64,000 nt of DNA from Phoronis australis. Lineage: Eukaryota > Animalia > Phoronida. The position numbers and the translations under genes are program-made. Positions 26,501 to 38,500 of the stretch are shown one piece after another. The notes under the pieces are model-generated. The model worked only from the letters and a program-made list of their open reading frames with translations. It searched no databases and was not told the DNA's origin. The stretch lies in contig NMRA01000380.1 of NCBI GenBank assembly GCA_002633005.1, positions 62,001-126,000 of the forward strand, in the 5' to 3' direction. How positions within the stretch are numbered: position 1 is the first letter of the stretch; each line of letters starts with the position of its first letter.

Positions 26501-29500
26501 CGGCGGAAGTTCATGCTCTGATCCTAACCCCGAGTGCGTGGATAAAAAATCCGTTTGCATTGACGATTACATTATGTTCAACGGCTTTTGTGAACATAAG
26601 TGGCTCCAAATTTGATAACTTTGAACAACCTTTCGATTTAAGTCGATTTTCAATATAAATAATGAATCTTGTAGCAATGACTCTCATGACCAATGTTCGT
26701 TGATTGTAGCTGAAGACGAAGTCCCTTGTTCATCAGGCGGAAGTAAATGTGGACCCCATGCCGTGTGTAAGCAAAAGAACTGTGTCTGTATCGACGGCTA
26801 CATCTTGGTGGGCGGCGTTTGTAAACGTAAGTGTGTCCCAATTAACAAATTCCAGCAGTTCTATGATGAGAATGACATTGGTAAGTAGCATATCCTGAAC
26901 AAGAATAAATCAGTACAGTTCACGTGATCTTGTTTCAAACATATCAGAGTGTGCAAGAAATTAAAGCTCATAAAATCTGCATTGCGCCGTAAGGTAAAAA
27001 CATGCCTGGGAGTCGAGAGAACACCGAGAAAAAATGACAATGCCTTGCAAAGTTATTGTTGATGAGAATTAGACAACGCAAGTAAAGGTATGCATGGGGT
27101 ATCATTTATCTTGTATTCATTGGTAGAACAATTAAAAATCAAATCAAGAAATCCCTAATTTCTTTGGACACAAATTTACTGTTTGGATAGATTAACGTTC
27201 GAAACTTTGCCAGTTTTGTAGTAGTGTTGGTCATACACGAAGAGTAGGCGTGTACGATACATTACACCATGAACCTTTGCAGAAATGTCCACTGTATATG
27301 AACGTTACATAGGACTGCAGAAAAATGTCCGCGTTTAGCTAGCTTCGGTTATATCTCGGAAATGAATGATCGGATCAGTATGAAATATTGAGTTACGTGT
27401 AAGCTGTTCTTCGAATCGCTGTTGGGATTTGTTTATATAAGTTTTCACTTTTGTACAAAAGACTATAAAGTTTACCGGTTTTATAAAAAATCAAAACAAA
27501 TGTTCATGCATATTTACGAAAATGAAACGATTCAGGCAATAGTAACAGCATGTGACTATTTTATCTAGAACGTTCGTGAACCAAGTTGGTTATGCTCTGT
27601 TGTTCTGTTTTTTGTTAAATTTACTAAAAAGATGGGAACGTGACTCCATTAACATCGCATTGGTTGAAATCAAAAATCGTATTCTGCAAATTTTTATTTT
27701 CAGAAAATATGCACTTTTACTGGTTTAAATTATATAGTTTTGTGGTCATTGGACTATTTGTTCAAAAGTGGACCCTACATCATCTTTTCATCGTCTCTTA
27801 GGTTAGGGTAGGTTATACATGTATAATAACCCCATGAATGCCGGCTGAACCGACTTTTTAATGTTCAGCAACACTCCCAATGCACCGAACTGTCCACTGT
27901 GTCGTGTGTTCCAAGACTGACGTTGTATTCACGCAGAACAATCAGCCGTTTATTGTTTGACGCACACCTCGGCATGTTACAAAACTCCTAGTAGATAACA
28001 AAACCCGTAAATTGATGTTTGATGCCATGTTCGATTTTTGAAAGCTGTCAAACACAACGGATTAAAATTGTAGATTTGTGAACTTTGTTATGTAAATCAT
28101 GTGCGGTTTGCTTTTAAAGTTTTGCGGAATCACTCTCTCCATGTCTCCAAGAGGTTTGACTGAGTAAACCCAGCTTCTCACTTTTGACATCTATGGCTTG
28201 CTGACTGGACACCAGTGGTCAAAAATGCCTTTACTGCGTCTGGTCTACTTAAGATAGCACAAAAAACTTGCAAAGACGGTGGCGGCGACTGTGATCATAC
28301 TGCAAGACCAGTGCCGAGACAAAAAGACCATCTTAGCTTCCAGCATGGTTGACCGTTAAACTAAATGTACACAGTACATGAAGACTTTTGGATTGGCGGG
28401 TAGCGTCTAAACTGTGCACACAGAAAGAAAGCTTTTAAGAACGACGAGATAGAGATACATGTATAATCGGAACAATTACTGAACTTCCTTTAAGCTTCGA
28501 ACCTCAAACCAAATCTTCTCTCCCACTGAATTGAGCTGCTTGCTTATAGAGTACTCCACATTTGTTTTTGATTAATGGCATAATGGTCAAGCATATATAA
28601 CATACCATGAATTGCATGCCGTACTAGATATAAATACCGAGCTCTCCTCACGGTGCTCAAAACTTTCCACAAGGCCGTATCTGCCAGGATTTCCATCAAT
28701 AGACGAAGTTCCGTGTGCTCAAGGCGGGAGAAAGTGAGGCGAACACGCCACATGCGACCAGACCAGCTCAAAATGTTAATGAGATGCTGTAGTTAACTTG
28801 CAAAGTTTTCTTCAAACATGTTCCTATCCACAATTTCGTGCGTAAGAAACCAGTCAGAACATTGTGCCGTCTTCACAAACTAAAGCAATGTCATTGCACT
28901 AATTTGATTGCTTTTTACTTTCAGCAAAGGAAACAATTCCTTGCAGCGAAGGTGGGACAAAGTGCGGGTCAAACGCCGAATGTAAAGACGGGACATGTGT
29001 GTGTATTTCTGATGACTTCATTATGATCGACGGCGAATGCAAAAGTAAGTTATCTACGTGTAGATTACTTTTTTACGTTTCGTCAAAAACACGCAAGGGC
29101 GCGGGTCTCTGTCTGCAGACGCGAACAAAAATATCGCAAACATGCCGTTTTAAGGGTATACGGTATCTTAAACACATACTTGTATAAAAAGTTGCACGCT
29201 CATTCTGGATCCGCCTGTGATGTGTAACAGTTAGAGCATTCAGAGTCATTATTACTGGAGTAAATTTATCTTATATATACCAGGTGGTGAAAAACAAAAT
29301 GGCCGCCTCAGTTTAATACAGGTTGCTTACTGGATTTGATGGTAGTTTTCGATTGATGAAACGCAGTCTGTGAGTTAACTCGTTGCAGAATGTGCTACCT
29401 GCTTATTTGATCGATTCGTTTTCCATTATCACGTAATTAACAACTATTCCTCTATTTTCCAATGAGACAAAGGTACACGTACCTTGTGCTGACTCTAAGT

Positions 29501-32500
29501 CAATGTGCACAATTGCGAATTGTGTCTGCGTTGACGGTTACATCGTGGTTGACGGCGTTTGCAAAAATACGTAACTTAAATTATTCAGCACAACTGATTA
29601 TAGATGATGCTATAAGTCTGTCTACTCAGAGTACTCATGCAAGTCATTTTTACGATTCCAGAAAAAACCGACGTGCCTTGTGAAGAAGGTGGGACCTTTT
29701 GTTCAGGCCCCAACACCAAGTGTAAAAATAAAAAGTGCGTGTGCATTCAAGGTCACGTCTTGTTCAACGGCGTCTGCGAACGTGAGTAACTGACGGCCAT
29801 TTTCATTTTTCTGTAAACGTGATGTCTTTCGACGTACAAGACATCATTTTTACACACCGCCCTATCAAAAAACTTTTGGAGGATACGCACAACTTATGTA
29901 CGAAAAATTTTCATCAAATAATTTCAAGAGTATCAAAAGCTAACACTTGAGAGCAAGTACTAAATTAAGTTGTGAATACGCCATATTTCAAAATTTGAAA
30001 CATCCATACATGCATACAACTAGAACCACTTTGTGCACGGATGTTGCTCTTGATCTATGTTTTGATAAATCAGGAATTCCTTGCATCTTTTGATGATAAG
30101 TGATTGCATGTTTGTGGTTTCAGCGAAAGATGAAGTTCCCTGTAGTCAAGGGGGCACCAAATGCGGTGCATACGCAAAATGTCGAAATGGGCGCTGTGTT
30201 TGCATTTCTAAAGACTACGTTATGGTTAATGGAGACTGCAAGCGTATGTATAACACACTAAAGTAAAGTTTACACTATACTGTAAACGCGCGCAATTTCT
30301 TGAACTGTGATTAGATTTTCCAAATTTGGAACAGCATATTGCCAATTACGTAAACCTCTAGAACAAAATATTACATGTGTTTAGTTTTTCGTGTTGTCAA
30401 AAAAAAATTTCCTTACTTTTGTTTCCAGCCAAGGACGAAGTTCCATGCAGCCAAGGCGGTACAAAATGCGGACCAAATGCCGTATGCAAAAATGGGGCGT
30501 GTGTCTGTGTTTCTGACTATATTTTGGTCGACGGAAAGTGTGAACGTAAGTACAATGGTTGGATTTTCAATGGTAAATGTGCAACAGGCTTGCTATAGTG
30601 ATTGGTCGAGGCCTTGAACGACACAGCAGCCGATCTCGAATGAGTGTGTTCCCTACACACTCCAGGTAATACATACACATGTACGTCACTACGTAGGTGG
30701 ATCGGACGGTGGCCACATTCAAACTCGGCAAACAGTTCTTCGTGTGTTTAACTAACATGATGTGTTCGGAAAGTACCAACTAGTGAACGTGTGTGTGTGT
30801 GTGACCTTTTTGGTGCATGAATATATTCTTATGGATGCAAAATTTAAATCTGAGCCTTTAGAAGACGTACTGCATGTGCAGGCTGTGTCAAATATGTGAC
30901 GGAGTTAAATTTTAGACAACTTAACCGAGCTTCCGCGTGAATTCTAGTGAAGCGGAGGAAAGTGACGTTTTAAATGTTGGCTAACATACACTGTAGCATC
31001 AACTTTCGTTTATTTTATGTAGTATATTATCCTAAACAGATCAGCTATAGTGGTTGCTGTTGACATTCAAATAATGACACACTGTAGACCTATCGTATGT
31101 GTTCTCTCAGAATCATTTTGCGTACCTGCCACTGGAACTGTGGAAAAGTTGTCATTGACTTCTCAAGTTTTGATCATGAAAACTAATGCTTGTTCCAAGT
31201 AGATCACTGGATAACAAAGGCTTCCACGACTTCTCTTTTACTCTTTTTGGAGTTAAAATGTCGACTAAACTAATTTTATTTGATTCTTAAGTCCGTGAAC
31301 GATAAGGAAAATTTCATCATCTAATTCTAGATGCCAAAAACGCCACGCTATTTTTTTCAAATGAGTCCTATTTAATCACTTCTGGGAAATTGATATTTCC
31401 GAAAGAGCTTCCATGGTCTCTTTAGAAAATCTCCTGCACCTTCGCGTTTAAGTCAATGTAAAGTACGTAATGTAATAGTAAGCAATTTATGATTATTATA
31501 TCTGTTTTCTACACGCTGCAATTGCTAATGAATATTTTATTTTCAAAGATGAAACGGATGTTCCTTGCGCGGACGGCGGAAAATCATGTTCTGATCCTAA
31601 CTCTGACTGTGTGGATAAAAAATGCGTTTGCATTGACGATTACATTGTGTTCAACGGCGTTTGTGAACGTAAGTGGTTCCAAATTTGACATAATATTTAA
31701 ACAACCTTTCGATTTAAATTGATTTTCACTATAAATAATGATACTTGTAGTAATGACGCTCATGACCAATGTTCGTTGATTGCAGCTGAAGACGAAGTCC
31801 CTTGTGCGTCAGGCGGAAGTAAATGTGGACCCCATGCCGTGTGCAAGCATAAACAATGCGTCTGCATCAACGGTTACGTCATGGTTGGCGGAGTTTGTAA
31901 ACGTAAGTGTGTCCGAAATAACAAAGTTCCGCATTTCGGTTTTGAGACTGGCGGTGGTGATTGAAATATCTTGACCAAGAGTTAATCAGCAGAGATCACG
32001 TGCTCTTGTTTCAAACACTTCAGAATGTGTATGAAACTAAAGCGCAAGAAATCTGTAGTTCACCCTAATGAGAAAAAGACATGCCTGGGAGTCGAAAGAA
32101 TACTGGCGTTTTTTGACGTAAGAGGGCACTGTTGCTGAAATTTTGACGTATCCTCGCGATGACTCGGGCTGACTTCACTAGCAAAGCGTTGGCTGCTGGA
32201 GATGCGATGTACTTCACAAACTCATGGTCATGCAATAAATACCTTTCGTCATATGCAAAGAACAGATAAAATTTGGAAAATGAATAATGAAGTTTGTATG
32301 AAAAGAACCAAAGTGAGAATCAAAAACAACCAAATAAAGTAACAATGCATTTTACGCTCACGGTGATGTCAATACGATTTCAAGGATAACATGAGTGGCA
32401 TTCAGGAATCGTTCCACACAGAAACTCAGGTTAAGAAAATAGACGAGAATAGTCGATGATTTTCCAATGTCGACCGAGGTATAAGACTGTGCTCAAAAAG

Positions 32501-35500
32501 GCTTTTAGTTTGATACCAGAAAGCATGTGAACATTATGCCATGTTAGACATTACTTAATTTGGTTATATTTTTAAGTTTTGGAACTTGATTGCACTTTGT
32601 GATAATGACTTTAACAAATTTCCGCATTTCAATGTTGAGACTGGCATTGGTGACTAAAATATTTTGAAGAAATACCTTACAATGTGTATGAAACTGCACG
32701 AAATCTGTATTTCACCCTAACGTGAAAATATTTGCCTCGGAGCCGAAAGAACATCGTTTTACAATAGCGCTCATCCACATTCATCGTTGATTACAGCTGA
32801 AGGCGAAGTCCCTTGTGCATCCGGCGGAAGTAAATGTGGCCCCCATTCTGTGTGTAAGCATAAAAAGTGCGTCTGCGTCAACGGTTACATCATGGTTGGC
32901 GGCGTTTGTAAACGTAAGTGTACTCGAATGAACATATTTCCGCATCTGAATGTTGAGAGTGTTATTGGTGACTGAAATATCTTGAACAACACTTATTCAC
33001 TACAGATCACGTGCTCTTGTTTCAAGCGCATCAGAGCATGTACAAAGCTAAAGCGCATAAATTCTGTATTTCACCCTAAGGTGAGAAAACACCGAGAAAA
33101 AAAATGACAACGCCTTGAAAAGTTATAGTTGACGAGAATTAAACAAGGCAAGTGAATATATGCCTTCTGTGTAAGTTATTTTTATTTCCTGTACGTTTCA
33201 TGAACCAAAGCAAACAATTAAAAATAAATAATTAAGCAAGACGTATGCGTGTACCATACGTTACACCATGACCACTTATAGAAATGTATATGACGGTTAC
33301 GTAGGATTGCAGTTGAGCTAGGTTTGGAGTATTATGTCTCAGAAATGAGTGATCGTATTAATATGAATCATTAAGTTGCAGTGTTCTCCAAACCGCTGTT
33401 GGATTTTTTTAATTGTTCACTTTTTTACAATAAAATAGAAAAGTTGGACATGTATATTTATGAAAATGAAACGATTTATAAAAGTGTAACAGCATGTTTA
33501 CTACTTTGTTTTGAACATTTATAAACCAAATTAGCTATGTTGTTCACTTTTGACATCAACATGTATGGTTTGCCGACTGGACACCAGTAGCCAGAAATGC
33601 CTGCGCTTGGTCTACTTGCCATTCTTTGCAGCGATAGACGAAGTTCCGTGTGCTGAAGGCGGAAGGAAGTGTGGCGAACACGCCACATGCGACCAGACAA
33701 GCTCAAAGTGTAAATGTGACGCGGGCTATGTGTTTGATGGGTTCGATTGCGTCAGAAAGTTTAACCCTATCGGTGAGTGTAACACAATCACGTGAAAAAA
33801 ATGACTACTTATTACTTTTATTGAATACTTTAGAACAACGTCGTGACGCCCTCAATGAAGTCAAATACGACCTCCACGACCTTTTTGCCGACAGATCATT
33901 TGCCTTACTACCTTTCCATTTAACAAATTGAGTCTTTGCGAATCTCATTATTTCTTTCGATTACTCCTTCGGCAGTTGTGTTCATCTTTTATTCATTGGT
34001 GTTGTGGATAGAGCTATAGTACACGAAGGGTCTGTCCAGTCACTCATGTGACTTGGATATTGCGAACTGGTGTGCCTGTGGTTATTTTGTTCAGTGTACG
34101 TACATGTTACGACTGTCCAATCATTTCCGGCATTAGCCATTTTATTTTGGCTTGGGCCCGCTATAAATTCTCAAACCAACTGCTTCATACGTTTTAAAAT
34201 AACATTGCAGAAATCTGCGTAATCCCTCCTAGCTGGTAAGACATTCACGTTCTTCATATTTGTTTTCAGAATACTGCACGAAGTGCATCAACATTCGCAA
34301 CGGCCCAAATCACTACGCGGACCCGTTGGACTGCTCCAGCTACTACCAATGTAGTGGTAGCACCGGCAATGTGACAGCGTACCACCGACATTGCCCTGAC
34401 TGCACCTATTGGAACCAGGCTCTTTTGGCCTGTGTACACCTTCAGAGCGCCCAGTGTCCCGAAGATGCGCCACCGAGTACGTCTAGATGGCTACTTTTTT
34501 CTGTTTACACTAATCACCACAGCTTTGGTGTCCATGTTTCATTCTCTCTTTTGTTCATTTAAAATCAAAGTCCTCTTGATCACACTAATTAGCTTATGAC
34601 AAGGTGTTATCGACAAGTCATATGCAGAAAAAATCCTCCACGGAACAACTGTCATGTGCCTTTGAAGTGTTGAGAATCATTCGGTTGCTTTAACGATTGA
34701 TTTAGTTAGACATAGTGTAGCTAGACTTTGTTGCGACTACACATGTAGGATTGACGATGAACTAAGTTGCCCTAAGGAAGCGTTAGCTGCTTCAAAAAAG
34801 TGCATATATGGCAGACTAACAGAAGTGTACACACAGTAGTCATGGAAATGGATTTGGTCTGGTGAAAACCAATTTGAAACATTTTATTATACTCATTTTG
34901 TTTCTTCAATATCTAGACGGCTTTTGAATCTTTGAAACAAAGCAAACGCGATATAGAATAACTGTCAATAATTTTTACTGTAAAGTTGTACACTGAAGTT
35001 CCGAATTTGATGTTTTCTACGCATTCTGCTTCGTGAAAGAGGTTGTACCTCAACTGACTTGGTTAACTGCTCTTAAGAGATTAGTGGCCGAATCGTAATT
35101 TGTCATGCATGGAGGCACATCACCAGTATTTGAGAGAATGTTATACTTTACAGAAACAAAGTTCCCAGTCGACTACAGTTGTTGCTGTTACAAGCAATGT
35201 AAAGCTTTTTCGTCCGAAGACATGTGCTGTGCTGGGAACGGTCTGGGATTCAGTTTCAGTGACCAAGCTTGTGTAAGCAACGGCTGTAATGACGTGTGTA
35301 AGCCACGTGTTACGCAAAAACCAACGTATAAGCCTGGTCCAACTCCACCAACGATTCCTGAAGGTAAGCCATTTAATTTCAAGTGCTCATTTAAACACAT
35401 ACTCCATTTTCAAGGATATCGGATATCGTTCGGGACAAATAAAACAAGACGAGATTGGTTTCATGAAATTTATGTGAGGTACGTAAGCAACTACTGGGTC

Positions 35501-38500
35501 AGAGCTCTATACGAATGTGTGGTACGTACTAGATCGGTTCAGAGTTCCAAAACACAGCAGTAACAGTTAGGTACCAGATTGTCGGAGATGGAAATAAACA
35601 TTCATTTACAAATTAACGAATTACCCCTAAATGTATTGTGAAGAGTTGCACAGCGGTCGAAACATTCATGATATGATGCTCAAAGGGTCGCAAAACACAT
35701 ACAATGTACATATACATATATCTGCTAGGGTGGCCGGGTCTTGGAAAAGCGAGCGATCAATGCTGGATAAAATTAAATCGTAATAACTTTACCTTTTGGA
35801 GAAGCACCGTAGACTATCTGCTGTGAGCACGAGTACTACGTGCGGAGAACTGTAACTCATGAGTAGTGTAAGACAGTTAAGAAAATACAGAACTGTGATA
35901 ACTGGGAAACATCCGGATGAAAGTGTGATTGACCAGACCAGACGGAAGTGAAAGACTGAGGTAACATCTAGCGTCTCCCGTGAGCTATGGAGATACGGGA
36001 NACAGAGCACTGTGGCACCAAAGAAAATTGGTTACCTTTTCATGCCCAAAAAAGCTCTGGGATCCCGGTCTAGAAGTTTTGACAGGAACGCTGTATCCTC
36101 TTTTTTCTCAGTAATATTGTTTCACACGGGCCTCGAGCGAAATTGTATTAACATCGCCATTTTCTATTAGGTAACGCACTGACTTACCTAAAAATCTGAG
36201 TCAAATGTAAAACTAGATTTTTTGAACCTGAAGGCATGCCTTTCGACCGTTCAGCTTCAATGACACAATTCCAGAGGCGCAAAACCAAGGAATTGTTTCA
36301 CCACGCACATGCAATTGACTCTCATCTATTTATCAAACAATGAATTTTCTTCTCAATCAGCTGATTGAAGAACAGCCAGAAAGGTTTTTATTGTTGTGGG
36401 AGGTATTTTTACTGTTCTGTCGAAGTTGTTGTTGACAGTCCCATCGGAATCTGGAACATGATATCAAAATCCACTGCACGCACACCAAATGCATTTCGTC
36501 ATAACTGATATATGCATTTCGTCATAACTGATATATCTACCGTGTGGATGTACTTGCTGGGGGTTAAATATGCCATACATGTATTATATGGATTACATAT
36601 TGTATGCTGTATTTTTTAATTGCTTCTGACACTTCGATACTACATTCAAATTTTTTATTACTTCGCTAATTTCCGTTCTTTTTCAAATGTTTTAGATTGC
36701 TTAAAACTGTATCTCCCACTCGACACGGATTTTAAAGACGTCAAGCATAACTACGTCGATCACGGTACGGCAATCATCCAAGACAAAGCGGCCTACTTCA
36801 AAGGGTTTTCTACAGTGGAAATACCCGTATTTAACAACTACTACTGGGGAGATCGCGTTACCGTCAGTTTCTGGTACAAGACCGATATGCCTCCCGCAGC
36901 GTACAAAACACGACTCGTCAGTAATGGCGACTGCGATGGTAGGTAATACAGTGTCCTAGTTTCAAAATCAAACATAAAATTTCGTCAAAAAATTCTACTC
37001 CCTGAAAGTTTAGTAAAATCCGTAAAATAAATCGAAAACATTAACTGTACCTAAAAGCGTTTTAATTGCTCGGAATCTTTGTCAGCAGGAAATTTCCCAA
37101 TACTCTAGTTTCTTATATATAATTCATTTAAAATTAAGAATTTTAAGTCATTTTGTTGCCACAAGGACGCTGGTAGCAAGAGTTTTGACAGAGGGAAAAA
37201 CTAGAGAGATTATTGGGTGCATTCACATTCAACCAACCTGGAAAATTTACTGGAAAGTCTACCATGTCCTTGTTTCCCGGTGTAACTCGGAAATGGACAT
37301 TCGTTCTCACAATAACTACCGGGGACCCATGATAATAATTGAAAAACCCTCATGCAGTTAAATGAACATCGTAGTCTTCGAGATCACCAGTTCATGTCAG
37401 TTTTTAAACTTGTTACGTTTACATTTCTATGAGCAATGAATCCTGTTCCTCAACCACGAAACTGATTATTGTCCATTGTTCTTAGATTTCAAGTTAGGGT
37501 AGTTAACGCCTTTTGTTGCCTGGTAACTGATTTTGCAGACATTAGGTAAAAATGAAGGAGGTCAAGAGAAACAACAGGATTTGTGTTGCCCCAAGTTCAT
37601 TAAATTTTCAATAAGCATGCATCTCCTGTTTATACCTATAGGCTTTGGAACGCTAGACATTTTCATTGAGAACGATGAACTAACTGGGTCAATAACAACA
37701 AGCAGCGAAATTTCCGTGACCACAACAGGGGTAAGTAAGAATCGTAGTGGTGAACAGCAACTTTAGTAATGTCTCTCCAAACTGTAAATGTGGTGACCAT
37801 CAATCTTATCCTCATATTTTCTTCAAATGTCCCCTCATCGAATCCCTGAGAGACTCACTTTTTCGTGCACTCAATGATAACCAATCAATTGTTAACGCTC
37901 TCAATTCTTGTAATAACATCCCTACTAGAGTTACATTATTACTGAATGGTAGTCCTAACCTTGACTTTGTTCTCAACGAATTCCTCCTAAGCAACGTTAG
38001 CAAATTTTTATGTACCGTTTATCAATATTGTTGCATCTGATTTCCTTACATGAATCTGTAAATATTTTTGTTTTTATATATCTGTAATAGCATGTCTAAG
38101 TATTGGAATACTTATTTTAGATACTACTTAATTGTATATACCTCTATGTATATAAGTTTCATTTATGAATTGTTTACAACCCAGATATAATGCTTCGCGG
38201 TTTCTGGGTTTGTTATTATTTCTTTGTATGTTCTGTGTATCCTTCAATAAATATATATCACAGTGAAAAAACAGCATGTCTATGCGTGCGACTACGTTGT
38301 GTTCTGGTGCTGTCGTCAATCTGCTGAAGCTCATGTCATGGGTGGCGCACCATAGGGGTCTGGGGGGCTTTAGCCCCCCACTTTTTACAGTGCTGCGCCG
38401 CCCATGCTTTTGCATACCGAAATTGTGAAAGTAGCCGATCGAAACAGGCCGTTGCTTCGTAACGTCTTTTCTGTCTCGTTAACAGTACGTGCAGGCGGGA

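Larger units (their letters stand above)
23995..33730 (+). repeat. Intragenic tandem duplication of about 4.8 kb (about 23995-28790 vs about 28825-33730)
   Basis: Colinear exon pairs 24104/28925, 24634/29463, 24880/29662, 25353/30124, 25659/30429, 26476/31549, 26710/31786 and 32797, 28697/33632, with alignable introns. Confidence 0.88.

Noticed and set aside
28697-28787. Two Cys codons replaced by TGA, suggesting selenocysteine
   Set aside because: The same segment has an in-frame TAA, lacks an AG acceptor and is truncated, so ordinary decay explains it.
13765-33772. Regularly spaced repeats with variable spacers, superficially CRISPR-like
   Set aside because: The repeats are coding exons of about 120 nt with GT-AG introns in animal DNA, and there are no cas genes.
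36001-36001. Single ambiguous base N in a gene A intron
   Set aside because: It is a sequencing or assembly ambiguity. Flanking exons stay in phase and match gene B, so no exon appears to be missing.
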